Source of the DNA: Flavobacteriales bacterium
Lineage (GTDB): Bacteria > Bacteroidota > Bacteroidia > UBA10329
Reading direction: 5' to 3'
Length of the DNA: 64,000 bases
NCBI GenBank assembly: GCA_021741075.1
Contig: JAIOYO010000013.1
Location: 3,121 to 67,120, forward strand
The notes under the pieces are model-generated. The model ran no database searches. It was not told the origin of the DNA and saw only the letters and a program-made list of their open reading frames with translations. Position 1 is the first letter of the stretch; each line of letters opens with the position of its first letter. This document shows positions 27,873 to 37,809 of this stretch, piece after piece. The position numbers and the translations under genes were made by a program.

Positions 27873-28895
27873 TCAATAAAGCGTCAAACGAACGGGTAAG
27901 TGATCAGAAAAGCCGCCATGGTAATTTGGACCGCCATAGGTCTTGCTTGGAGATGGTTCTCCACCGTCTTTTGGAAAATAAAGCAGCCAATCCTCCTTGA
28001 AAATAGCGACCGATGAATCTGAAGTGGCGTATCCTTCGGCACTGAAAAGCAAACCATCAGAAACAATAAACTGATCGAGCAATCCCCATTCTCCCTTATA
28101 GTTGTAACTGCCCAAACCACTTTGGTGTAGGTTGTAAGTCAGGTTGGTAAGACCTTGATTCAAGCCCGGTTTTGATTTCATCACTTCGGTCATGGAGCGA
28201 TTATTCGGATAGTCGTTAAAATCGCCCATACATATAATCTTGGCGTTATTATTTTGCTGTAGGATTGAGTCGATTTTTGTACGAAGTACAGTGGCTGCTA
28301 ACAAGCGTTTTGGCTCGCTGACTTCATCACCTCCGCGTCTAGACGGCCAATGATTGACAAAGAAATGAAGCGTGTCTTTTCCTGAAAGGAGCTTGGCGTA
28401 AAGTATGTCACGGGTTTTGGTTTCTGGTTCAAAATCAAATGAGACATTTAGTTTTTCGTGGTGGAGCTCTCTGAGTAAGTCTGAGTTGTAAACTAAGGCC
28501 ACATCTATTCCTCTATCGTCTGGACTGTCTTCGTGGATTACCTTGAATTTTGCGTTTCTGAGTGAATCTGTGTTGAAAAGGTCTTCGACCACAGTTCTGT
28601 TTTCAATTTCACATACGCCAATTACTTCGGGCAGACCATCTTCTGAAAGGGCGGTGAGTACTTTTGAAAGATTAGTCAGTTTTTTGGAATAGCGTTCTGT
28701 ATTCCAATGATTGGCACTATCGGGGAGGAAGTCGTTGTCGTTGATAGTTGGGTCATCTATTGTATCGAATAGGTTTTCCACGTTGTAGAAGACCACTTCC
28801 AAAGGTTGATTCGATTCTTGGCTGCAACCCGTGGTAAGTTGAAGTAATCCGAGGTTGATAAAGATCGCTAAGATTCTTATTGTTGATTTTGGCAT
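27873..28895 (-). CDS. Endonuclease/exonuclease/phosphatase (EEP) family lipoprotein
   Basis: Starting at the ATG at 28895 gives MPKSTIRILAIFINLGLLQLTTGC. VVFYNVENLFD, NHWPSRRGG and the C-terminal SDHLPV motif are present. Confidence 0.8.
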   Translation of the reverse strand: MPKSTIRILAIFINLGLLQLTTGCSQESNQPLEVVFYNVENLFDTIDDPTINDNDFLPDSANHWNTERYSKKLTNLSKVLTALSEDGLPEVIGVCEIENRTVVEDLFNTDSLRNAKFKVIHEDSPDDRGIDVALVYNSDLLRELHHEKLNVSFDFEPETKTRDILYAKLLSGKDTLHFFVNHWPSRRGGDEVSEPKRLLAATVLRTKIDSILQQNNNAKIICMGDFNDYPNNRSMTEVMKSKPGLNQGLTNLTYNLHQSGLGSYNYKGEWGLLDQFIVSDGLLFSAEGYATSDSSVAIFKEDWLLYFPKDGGEPSPSKTYGGPNYHGGFSDHLPVRLTLY

Positions 28896-29132
28896 GGCAA
28901 TTTTTCTAGGTGGCAAATGTATGCAGATCGAGCTGCGCGAGGGTTGTAAACGGCATCCTTTTTTGCTTTTGAGTAAAAAAGATACAGCGGACGACTCGAC
29001 CCCGATCTTTCATCGGGGGCGCGCCCAAAAACTGTTCAAATCCCTGTTGAAAACCAACTAAAATAAGTTCAATTTGACCTTAATCCGCCATTATATTTAT
29101 TGTCCGCAAGAAAGGAAGGAAGGCTGACGGAA

Positions 29133-31001
29133 ATGGCGCAGGAAACACAATACGGAGCAGAGCAAATTAGGTCGCTCGAATGGCATGAGCACATTCGGCT
29201 CAGACCCGGTATGTACATCGGGAAATTGGGCGATGGAAGCCAGTATGACGATGGTGTTTACATTCTAATCAAGGAGGTTATTGATAACTCGATTGATGAA
29301 TTTGTAATGGGAAACGGCCGCACCATTGAAGTGACGGTAAAGGAACGTTCGGTGCGTGTTCGAGATTATGGACGAGGCATTCCGCTTACCAAAGTGGTGG
29401 ATTGTGTCAGCAAAATCAATACTGGAGCTAAGTATGATTCGGTTGCGTTCAAGAAATCAGTTGGTCTTAATGGGGTTGGAACAAAGGCGGTAAATGCCAT
29501 GTCTTCCGTATTCACCATTCAGTGTTTTCGCGATGACCAGACCAAATTAGCTGAGTTTCAAAAGGGCATCATTACAAACGATGCGGCCATTGAACCAAGC
29601 AGCCAGCGAAAGGGGACACTCACTTATTTTGAACCAGACGACACGCTCTTCAAAGGATTTAAATACCGAGACGAGCATGTGAAGAAGATGTTGTGGAACT
29701 ATTGCTACCTCAATCCAGGGCTGACAATCGTTTACAACGGTGAGAAAATGATGTCTGAAAACGGTCTGAAAGACCTGCTTGAGGCAAAAATTGACGACAG
29801 CATTCGGTACCCAATTATTCATCTCATTGGAGAAGACATCGAAGTCGCAATTACGCATGGAGAATCATCACGCGAAGAATACTATTCGTTCGTTAATGGG
29901 CAGCATACCACCATGGGAGGAACGCACCAAGGAGCATTTCGCGAGGCGGTTGTAACCACCATTCGCACGCATTTTAAGAAGGAGTTTGACGCAAGCGATG
30001 TGAGAAGCGGAATTATTGCGGCCATTTCCGTTAAAGTGATGGAACCCGTTTTTGAAAGTCAAACCAAGACAAAGTTGGGTTCGCAAAACGTTGCTGACGA
30101 TGGTCCTTCGATGAAGTCTTTTGTTGGAGATTTCCTGAAAACGGAGCTCGACAACTTTTTACATAAAAATACTGATGTGGCCGATTTGCTTCTAAAGCGA
30201 ATACAGCAAGCAGAAAGGGAACGAAAAGAGCTTTCGGGAATCAAAAAATTAGCCCGCGACAGAGCAAAAAAAGCGAGTTTGCACAATAAAAAATTGCGCG
30301 ATTGTCGTGTTCATTTTGATTCTAATAAAGAACGGGCAGAGGAGACTACCATTTTTATTACCGAGGGGGATTCGGCTTCTGGTTCCATCACCAAAAGCCG
30401 CGACCCAAACACGCAAGCGGTTTTTAGTTTGCGCGGCAAGCCTTTAAATAGCTTCGGACTCACACGGAAAGTTGTTTACGAAAACGAAGAATTTAACCTG
30501 CTTCAAGCCGCATTAAACATTGAAGAAGGATTGGAAGGATTACGATACAATCGCATCGTGATTGCAACCGATGCCGATGTGGATGGAATGCACATTCGCT
30601 TGCTGCTCCTCACATTCTTGCTTCAGTTTTTTCCTGATCTGATTAAGAACGGCCATGTTTACATCCTGCAAACGCCTCTTTTTCGAGTAAGAAACAAGAA
30701 AGAAACACGCTATTGTTATTCGGAAGATGAACGTAGAGACGCGATTGCCAGTTTGGGTAAGAATCCAGAAATAACGCGTTTCAAGGGATTGGGAGAAATA
30801 TCGCCAGATGAGTTCAAGAATTTCATTGGGGAGGATATGCGGTTAGATCCAGTCGAGATTAGAAAGGAAGATTACCTGAGCCAGATGCTGGAATTCTATA
30901 TGGGTAAGAACACGCCTGATAGACAGGATTTTATCATTGAAAGACTAAGAATTGAGAAGGATTTGGTCGAGGATTTGGGGAGCGAGAAAGTCGAGGCTTA
31001 A
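29133..31001 (+). CDS. parE: DNA topoisomerase IV subunit B (type IIA topoisomerase B subunit)
   Basis: [10 protein letters not shown], the Toprim motif [15 protein letters not shown] and [11 protein letters not shown] are present. I prefer the ATG at 29133 to the track's TTG at 29100. It is adjacent to parC. Confidence 0.9.
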   Translation: MAQETQYGAEQIRSLEWHEHIRLRPGMYIGKLGDGSQYDDGVYILIKEVIDNSIDEFVMGNGRTIEVTVKERSVRVRDYGRGIPLTKVVDCVSKINTGAKYDSVAFKKSVGLNGVGTKAVNAMSSVFTIQCFRDDQTKLAEFQKGIITNDAAIEPSSQRKGTLTYFEPDDTLFKGFKYRDEHVKKMLWNYCYLNPGLTIVYNGEKMMSENGLKDLLEAKIDDSIRYPIIHLIGEDIEVAITHGESSREEYYSFVNGQHTTMGGTHQGAFREAVVTTIRTHFKKEFDASDVRSGIIAAISVKVMEPVFESQTKTKLGSQNVADDGPSMKSFVGDFLKTELDNFLHKNTDVADLLLKRIQQAERERKELSGIKKLARDRAKKASLHNKKLRDCRVHFDSNKERAEETTIFITEGDSASGSITKSRDPNTQAVFSLRGKPLNSFGLTRKVVYENEEFNLLQAALNIEEGLEGLRYNRIVIATDADVDGMHIRLLLLTFLLQFFPDLIKNGHVYILQTPLFRVRNKKETRYCYSEDERRDAIASLGKNPEITRFKGLGEISPDEFKNFIGEDMRLDPVEIRKEDYLSQMLEFYMGKNTPDRQDFIIERLRIEKDLVEDLGSEKVEA

Positions 31002-31027
31002 TAGTTTAAGAAAGTACAGGAAATAAA

Positions 31028-33772
31028 ATGAGCGAAGAGAACGGCTCGGAAGAAAACGAAGAGAAGAAGGAAAAAGGAACTGGCGAAGTAGAAAGTGCCG
31101 TTGCTGTAAGTGGGATGTACCAAGATTGGTTCTTGGACTACGCCAGTTACGTTATTCTTGAGCGTGCCGTTCCGAATATCGAGGATGGTTTGAAGCCTGT
31201 TCAGACACGTATCATGCACTCGATGTTTGAGTTGGAGGATGGCCGGTATAATAAGGTTGCTAACATCATTGGGCATTGCATGAAGTACCATCCGCATGGC
31301 GATATGGCCATTGGCGATGCGATTGTTGGTCTAGGACAGAAGGAACTTTTAATTGACACCCAAGGAAACTGGGGAAACACGCTTACAGGCGACCGCGCTG
31401 CGGCTGGACGATACATTGAAGCACGCCTTTCTAAGTTTGCACTTGAAGTTGTCTTCAATCCGAAAACTACCAATTGGAAAACGTCATATGATGGAAGAAA
31501 CAAAGAGCCAGTCACGCTTCCCGTCAAGTTTCCGCTTTTGTTGGCACAAGGAGTTGAAGGAATTGCAGTCGGACTTTCAACCAAAATTCTTCCTCATAAT
31601 TTCAATGAATTAATAGATGCTTCTATTCAAATTCTGAAAGGGAAAAAGGCGACTGTTTTGCCTGATTTCCTCACGGGAGGAATGATTGACGCAAGCAGTT
31701 ACAATGACGGCCAGCGTGGAGGTAAAGTTCGGGTTCGTGCCAAGATTAGTAAGGTTGATACCAAGACCTTGGTCATTACGGAGATTCCCTACGGAACCAA
31801 CACCTCCAATCTTATTGACAGCATTCTGAAAGCCAATGATAAAGGCAAAATTAAGATCAAGAAAGTAGAGGACAATACGGCTCAAGACGTAGAAATCTTG
31901 ATTCACCTTGCTCCTGGAATTTCGCCCGATAAGACAATTGATGCGCTTTACAGCTTTACGGATTGCGAATCGAGCATTTCGCCTAATGCGTGCGTAATTG
32001 TGAACGACAAGCCGATGTTCATGTCGGTTTCGGAGATTCTTCAAATCTGCACACAACAGACACTTGATTTACTCAAACGAGAACTAGAAATCAAGTTAGG
32101 CGAATTGCAAGAGCAATGGCACTTCGCTTCGTTGGAGAAAATTTTCATTGAGAATCGCATTTACCGCGACATCGAAGAAGAAGAGACTTGGGAAGGCGTG
32201 ATAAGTGCTATTGACAAAGGATTAAAGCCGCACATCAAACACCTTATTCGGGAGGTTACCGTTGACGATATTACGCGGTTGACAGAGATTCGCATCAAGC
32301 GTATTTCTAAGTTCGATAGCAACAAGGCGGATGACAATATCGCTGCGCTCGAAGGGAAAATTGCAGAGGTGAAGCACGACCTTGAGCATTTGGTCGACTT
32401 TGCAGTAGCGTATTACAAAAACCTAAAGGATAAGTACGGAAAAGGCAGAGAGCGTAAAACGGAGATTCGTCATTTTGATGTGATTCAGGCAGCGCGTGTG
32501 GCGGTTGCGAACGAGAAACTTTACATCAATAGAGAAGAAGGTTTCATTGGAACAGGTCTGAAAAAGGACGAGTTTGTTTCCGACTGTTCAGATATTGACG
32601 ATATCATTGTATTCATGGCCAATGGAAACATGAAGGTGGTGAAGGTTGATAGCAAGGTTTTCGTTGGAAAAGAAATCATCCATGCAGCCGTGTTTCGCAA
32701 GAATGATAAGCGCACCATATATAATATGATATATCGTGATGGGCCGCGAGGAAGCTATTTCTCCAAACGATTCCCAGTTACATCCATCACGCGAGATAAG
32801 GATTATGATTTGACTGCCGGAACAGCCGGAAGCACCGTTGAGTGGTTCACAGCCAATCCGAATGGCGAGGCCGAAGTGGTGCTGGTTCATGTGCGACCAA
32901 AACCAAAATTGAAGAAGTTGAAGTTCGATTTCGATTTTGCCGAATTGGCCATTAAAGGTCGAGCTGCAAAGGGAAATACCTTCTCGAAAAATCCATTGCG
33001 CAAGATTGAATTCAAGGAGAAAGGACTTTCAACTCTTGGGGCCAGAAAAATTTGGTTTGACGATACTGTTCAGCGTTTGAATGCAGATGGACGGGGAGAG
33101 CTTTTGGGCGAATTTGCACCTGAAGACAAAATCCTTACCATCATGCAGAATGGGGAATACAAACTACTGGGCTTCGATATCAGCACGCAGTTTGAGGACG
33201 ACATGACGCTGATTGAAAAGTGGAATCCAGAAAAACCGCTTTCAGTAGTTTATCTCGACACGAGCAAGAAAATCTACATGATTAAGCGCTTCTTGGTCGA
33301 GAAATCTTCCAAGGCCGTGAGTATGCTTCCAGAAGGAGAGGAAAATCAGCTGGAGCTAGTGACTACAGATTGGAAACCACGAATTCAAATTAATTTCCGA
33401 AAAAAGCCCGGAGAAGAAGAGGCCGCGGTTGAGGAGATAAACGTAGAAGAGTTCATTGCTGTTAAAGGTCTGAAAGCCAAAGGAAATCAACTCACGAAAG
33501 AAACCGTAAACACGATTGATTTGCTAGATCCGATTCCTTATGAACCACCAGTTGCTGAACCATCGAAGGATGATTCTGATGACGACAATGGTGAATCATC
33601 AGAATCCGATGAAGTCGCAGAATCTGAAGAATCGACAACTGTAGGGTGGGACGTGAGTGATTCAAAATCGGAAGATGAAGACGAGGAAGAACCGAAATCT
33701 CAACCAAAGAAACCTAACGAGTCAAAAGGACCTTCAAGCAATTCGAGCGAAGGCCAACTTGGTTTGTTCTAG
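31028..33772 (+). CDS. parC: DNA topoisomerase IV subunit A with an acidic C-terminal tail
   Basis: 914 aa. KYHPHGD and the active-site Tyr region AAGRYIEARL are present. The last ~75 aa are D/E/S-rich. Confidence 0.9.
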   Translation: MSEENGSEENEEKKEKGTGEVESAVAVSGMYQDWFLDYASYVILERAVPNIEDGLKPVQTRIMHSMFELEDGRYNKVANIIGHCMKYHPHGDMAIGDAIVGLGQKELLIDTQGNWGNTLTGDRAAAGRYIEARLSKFALEVVFNPKTTNWKTSYDGRNKEPVTLPVKFPLLLAQGVEGIAVGLSTKILPHNFNELIDASIQILKGKKATVLPDFLTGGMIDASSYNDGQRGGKVRVRAKISKVDTKTLVITEIPYGTNTSNLIDSILKANDKGKIKIKKVEDNTAQDVEILIHLAPGISPDKTIDALYSFTDCESSISPNACVIVNDKPMFMSVSEILQICTQQTLDLLKRELEIKLGELQEQWHFASLEKIFIENRIYRDIEEEETWEGVISAIDKGLKPHIKHLIREVTVDDITRLTEIRIKRISKFDSNKADDNIAALEGKIAEVKHDLEHLVDFAVAYYKNLKDKYGKGRERKTEIRHFDVIQAARVAVANEKLYINREEGFIGTGLKKDEFVSDCSDIDDIIVFMANGNMKVVKVDSKVFVGKEIIHAAVFRKNDKRTIYNMIYRDGPRGSYFSKRFPVTSITRDKDYDLTAGTAGSTVEWFTANPNGEAEVVLVHVRPKPKLKKLKFDFDFAELAIKGRAAKGNTFSKNPLRKIEFKEKGLSTLGARKIWFDDTVQRLNADGRGELLGEFAPEDKILTIMQNGEYKLLGFDISTQFEDDMTLIEKWNPEKPLSVVYLDTSKKIYMIKRFLVEKSSKAVSMLPEGEENQLELVTTDWKPRIQINFRKKPGEEEAAVEEINVEEFIAVKGLKAKGNQLTKETVNTIDLLDPIPYEPPVAEPSKDDSDDDNGESSESDEVAESEESTTVGWDVSDSKSEDEDEEEPKSQPKKPNESKGPSSNSSEGQLGLF

Positions 33773-33951
33773 GTTAATTATAGGATTTTTCTTTGGTGGT
33801 ATTAAAATTCGAGATTCCGTAGATATAGTCGCAAGTTTTTTTGATGCTCTGGAAGCGTAATAATGCACGACATTATTGCTTAAAACTGAGTCATTCTAAC
33901 GACAACTTCACGCTAACAAAAGCGTTCTTTTGTAGGCTAGCAATTCAAGGC

Positions 33952-36291
33952 ATGCAAATGAAAAATCAATTCCTGACTATTATCTTATTTCTGAGCGTAA
34001 GTGCGGCCTTTGCACAAAATTCTCTCAACATGACCCAATTGGGCCACCTATCTTACAATGAGGATTTAAGCGAGGTACGAGGAGCCTTACATAATGGTAG
34101 GGAATATGCTTTAGTGGGTGCTCATAATGGATTTTCTATTGTAGATATTACGAATCCAACCACACCTACGGAGGTGTTTTACGAGCCTGGGCCAAGTTCA
34201 ACATGGCGAGACCCATTTTATCATGAGGGCTATGCTTATTGCGTTACCGAAGGTGGCGGAGGTCTACTTATTGTTGATATGAGTCCATTACCCGGAAATC
34301 AAAATTTAACTACAACTCTCTACACAGGAAGCAGTTTCCCTTTTAGCTCTGCGCATAATATGTTCATAGACGGAGCCAGCGAACGCGCCTACATTTTCGG
34401 AGCAAACTCCATTGAAGGAGCAATCATATTGGATATTTCAAATCCAATGAGCCCAAGTGAACTCGGAATTTGGAACGACCATTACATTCACGATGGCTTT
34501 GTTCGAGGAGATACACTTTGGGCTGCCTGCTTAGAAGAAGGTGTTTTTGTGGTAAATGTGGCCAACGCTGGCAATCCGGTGGTGCTTTCAAATTGGGATA
34601 CACCTAGCGAATTTGCGCATAACGTTTGGCCCTCAGACGACAATGCGTATTGCTATACAACTGACGAGGTAACCAGTGGTTTTGTTACTGGATACAACAT
34701 GGATAATCTGCAAAATGTGGTGGAAATTGATAAGGTTCGCCATCCGCTTTCTGAAGGTGTAATTCCTCATAATGCTCATTTTTTCAATGATTATGTGATT
34801 ACTTCTCACTATCGTGATGGTGTGACAATACACGATGTGTCTGATCCGTCAAATATTGTTCTTACAGGGTATTTCGATTCTAGTCCATTAAGCGGAAATG
34901 GTTTTAATGGTTCGTGGGGAGCTTGGCCTTATCTTCCGTCTGGGAATGTTCTTGTTTCGGATATAGAGGAAGGACTTTTTGTGCTTGGTGCTGAATATCA
35001 ACGCGCTGCTCGATTACAAGGAACTGTCACTGAGTTTGGCTCTGGAAATCCGCTGAATGCTGTTCAGATTGATGTGGTTGGAGCTGGAATTAGCGAAATG
35101 ACTGACCTTTTTGGGGAGTTCGCTACTGGTATGGCTGCTGGAGGAACATTTGATGTTACGTTTCAAAAGGGTGGTTATCTCTCCCAGACAATTACAGGCG
35201 TAGTTGTTACAAATGGACAAATCCAGATTCTGGATGTTGAATTGGTTCCAGATGTGCCGTTTATACTTTCAGGAAACGTGTCTGAAGCAGGTACAGGCAC
35301 ACCAATTGAAGGAGCTACAGTTCTGTTTGAGAATGAATTTTTTACTAAGGAGCTGACTACCGATGCGAATGGCGAATATGCCGACAATAACTTTTTCGCG
35401 GGTGAATATGATGTAACCGTTGGTGCTTGGGGATTTGTTGGCGAGTGCACGACTGTTTCAATGACTGTCAGTGGAACACCGCCAAGTTTTGAGTTAATAG
35501 CTGGTTATTCTGATGATTTTGCACTTGACTTAGGCTGGAACGTTTCTGGAAACGCAACCCTTGGCGTTTGGGAAAGAGGTGTTCCGGTTGGAACAACCCT
35601 CAATGGACAATTCTCTAATCCTGATTCAGACGCTGGTTCAGTCTGCGGAAGTCAGGCTTATATCACCGGAAATGGAGGGGGAAGTGCTGGAAATGATGAT
35701 GTGGATGATGGCGTTACTGTTCTTACATCGCCAATGATGGATTTGACAATGTATGCAGAGCCAACGGTGTCGTTTGATTATTGGTTTTTTAATCAAGGCG
35801 GAAACGATACTCCAAATGACACTTATTTAGTAAAAATGACAAATGGAACCACCGAAGCAACCTTAGCTTCGTTATCAGGTTCAGCTAGTCAGTGGAAAGC
35901 TTTTTCAATGCCAATTTCGCAGTTTATTACCGTAACATCTACAATGCAACTTAAGCTTGAAGCTGAAGATTTTAATCCAGGTCATTTAGTAGAAGGCGGA
36001 CTCGACAATTTTAGAATTTCTGAAACCACAGGAATTGTTGATTCTGAAGCTGGAATACCTGTGAATGTTTTCCCAAACCCAGCAAAAGAATTTGTCAATA
36101 TCAGCGTTGGCAAACCTTTTCAAGTTGGTCATGTTCAATTATTCGATATGGCTGGCAAAGCAATTGGAAATCGGCACTCAATTTCTAATAGCGAAAACAT
36201 CTTTCGATTTTCCGTTGCAGCAGGAATCTATATTTGCGAAGTTGTAGTTGATGGTCAACGAAAGCTTGAAAGATTGTCAATTCATCATTGA
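33952..36291 (+). CDS. LVIVD-repeat / choice-of-anchor-B-like beta-propeller protein with a T9SS type-A CTD
   Basis: The ATG at 33952 gives MQMKNQFLTIILFLSVSAAFAQ. Repeated hydrophobic-(V/L)D motifs are present (GFSIVDITNPTTP, GGLLIVDMSPLP, GAIILDISNPMSP, GVTIHDVSDPSN). The C-terminus is VFPNPAKEFVNISV...GIYICEVVVDGQRKLERLSIHH. Confidence 0.8.
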   Translation: MQMKNQFLTIILFLSVSAAFAQNSLNMTQLGHLSYNEDLSEVRGALHNGREYALVGAHNGFSIVDITNPTTPTEVFYEPGPSSTWRDPFYHEGYAYCVTEGGGGLLIVDMSPLPGNQNLTTTLYTGSSFPFSSAHNMFIDGASERAYIFGANSIEGAIILDISNPMSPSELGIWNDHYIHDGFVRGDTLWAACLEEGVFVVNVANAGNPVVLSNWDTPSEFAHNVWPSDDNAYCYTTDEVTSGFVTGYNMDNLQNVVEIDKVRHPLSEGVIPHNAHFFNDYVITSHYRDGVTIHDVSDPSNIVLTGYFDSSPLSGNGFNGSWGAWPYLPSGNVLVSDIEEGLFVLGAEYQRAARLQGTVTEFGSGNPLNAVQIDVVGAGISEMTDLFGEFATGMAAGGTFDVTFQKGGYLSQTITGVVVTNGQIQILDVELVPDVPFILSGNVSEAGTGTPIEGATVLFENEFFTKELTTDANGEYADNNFFAGEYDVTVGAWGFVGECTTVSMTVSGTPPSFELIAGYSDDFALDLGWNVSGNATLGVWERGVPVGTTLNGQFSNPDSDAGSVCGSQAYITGNGGGSAGNDDVDDGVTVLTSPMMDLTMYAEPTVSFDYWFFNQGGNDTPNDTYLVKMTNGTTEATLASLSGSASQWKAFSMPISQFITVTSTMQLKLEAEDFNPGHLVEGGLDNFRISETTGIVDSEAGIPVNVFPNPAKEFVNISVGKPFQVGHVQLFDMAGKAIGNRHSISNSENIFRFSVAAGIYICEVVVDGQRKLERLSIHH

Positions 36292-36367
36292 TTGACGACT
36301 TTCGCACCCATTAATCGAGCGGAGTTTTATTTTAACAGCCGTTCTTTAACGAATTAAACAAGTGGAA

Positions 36368-37438
36368 ATGGAAAGTGAAATCACGCAAATTAAGGTTAAT
36401 CGAGTTTCAAAAACTCGTATTCATGAAGTAGATTTTGGCAACATTCCATTTGGAAGAGAGTTTGCCGATCACATGTTCGTTGCTGATTATGTAAACGGAA
36501 ATTGGGGCGATTTTCGAATTGAGCCTTATGGCAAAATGATGTACACACCTGCTATGCTGGGGCTTCATTATGGCCAAACCATTTTTGAAGGTATGAAAGC
36601 GTATCGCAATACCAGCGGTGAAGTAATGATGTTTCGCCCTACAGACAATTTTAAACGATTGAACACTTCTGCAGAGCGTATGTGCATGCCAACCATCCCA
36701 GTAGATTTGATGATGGATGCCTTACGAGAACTGCTCAAGATTGACGATGAGTGGGTGCCAAGAAGCACCGACTCAGCACTTTACATTCGTCCGTTCATGT
36801 TTGCTACAGATGAGTTTCTTGGCGTTAAACCATCCGATAAATATCGCTGTGTCATGTTTACCGGGCCAGTTGGACCGTATTACACGACACCGTTGAAAGT
36901 AATGGTAGAAGATAACTACACACGCGCGGCAAAGGGCGGAACTGGTTCTGCAAAATCAGGAGGGAACTATGGAGGAGCTTTGTATCCCACCAAATTGGCA
37001 CAGCAAAAAGGGTATCACCAACTACTTTGGACCGATTCGCTCGAACACAAATTCATAGAAGAGAGTGGAACGATGAATGTCATGTTCCAAATTGGAGATT
37101 CGCTTGTTACGCCTCCAACCGGAGATACTATTCTGAAGGGAATCACACGCGATAGCGTTCTCACTCTTGCGGCTGATCTTGGCATAGATGTACAAGAAAG
37201 ACGCATTAGTATTGACGAGTTGAAAACAGCTTACGACAACGGATTGCTGCTAGACGCTTTTGGAGTCGGTACAGCAGCCACCATTGCTCCAATAGAATTG
37301 ATTGGATATAAAGGAGTTGACCTTGTTCTTCCACCTGTTGCAGAACGAAAAATGTCTCAATTGATTTCCAAAGGATTGATGGACATTCGCTACGGAAAAG
37401 TGGCTGATAAATTTGGTTGGATGGTCAGCATGAACTGA
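36368..37438 (+). CDS. ilvE: Branched-chain amino acid aminotransferase
   Basis: Class IV aminotransferase pattern (LHYGQTIFEGMKAYR, GGTGSAKSGGNYG). The ATG at 36368 is two codons after the track's GTG. Confidence 0.9.
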   Translation: MESEITQIKVNRVSKTRIHEVDFGNIPFGREFADHMFVADYVNGNWGDFRIEPYGKMMYTPAMLGLHYGQTIFEGMKAYRNTSGEVMMFRPTDNFKRLNTSAERMCMPTIPVDLMMDALRELLKIDDEWVPRSTDSALYIRPFMFATDEFLGVKPSDKYRCVMFTGPVGPYYTTPLKVMVEDNYTRAAKGGTGSAKSGGNYGGALYPTKLAQQKGYHQLLWTDSLEHKFIEESGTMNVMFQIGDSLVTPPTGDTILKGITRDSVLTLAADLGIDVQERRISIDELKTAYDNGLLLDAFGVGTAATIAPIELIGYKGVDLVLPPVAERKMSQLISKGLMDIRYGKVADKFGWMVSMN

Positions 37439-37797
37439 TGAGAAAGCCTGCACGCATATTACTTTTTGCTCCGATTCTGTTATTTGGATGTACGAAATGC
37501 GTTGAATGTGAAATAAAGCTCAAAGAATCACAAGATGTAATTGGTCGTGTGGATGAGTTTTGCGGAACCAATAAAAAAGTTGAAGAGGAAGAGGAAAGGC
37601 TTAACGAAGATTATACCTGCCTCGAATGTCTTGTAAACACTGGTTTAGGGGAAGCTACTTCGGGCGTTCAGTGTGGCGACCGCGCCTTTACCGATAGTAT
37701 CGAAGCGGATTGGAAGCAAGGAGCATTTGATTTAGGAACAACAGCCAATTGTAAGTATTACCGAGATACGGTAAACGTAAGTTGTCTTCTTAAATAA
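37438..37797 (+). CDS. Small Cys-rich lipoprotein of unknown function
   Basis: The ATG at 37438 overlaps the ilvE stop (TGATG) and gives MRKPARILLFAPILLFGC (lipobox). CTKCVEC and CLEC motifs are present, with 9 Cys in total. Confidence 0.6.
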   Translation: MRKPARILLFAPILLFGCTKCVECEIKLKESQDVIGRVDEFCGTNKKVEEEEERLNEDYTCLECLVNTGLGEATSGVQCGDRAFTDSIEADWKQGAFDLGTTANCKYYRDTVNVSCLLK

Positions 37798-37809
37798 GAT
37801 TATAGAAGT

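Noticed and set aside
29100-29132. TTG-initiated N-terminal extension of parE (a similar case exists at 33841-33951 for the beta-propeller gene)
   Set aside because: Downstream ATGs give the expected N-termini: [17 protein letters not shown] for ParE, and a signal peptide for the T9SS protein.
31712-31726. GyrA-box-like QRGGK motif, which would argue for gyrase rather than topoisomerase IV
   Set aside because: It lies at about residue 230 in the N-terminal domain, not at the start of the C-terminal beta-pinwheel where the GyrA box sits. The partner B subunit is the short ParE-like type.
31610-32056. 148-aa minus-strand ORF
   Set aside because: It is antisense within parC.
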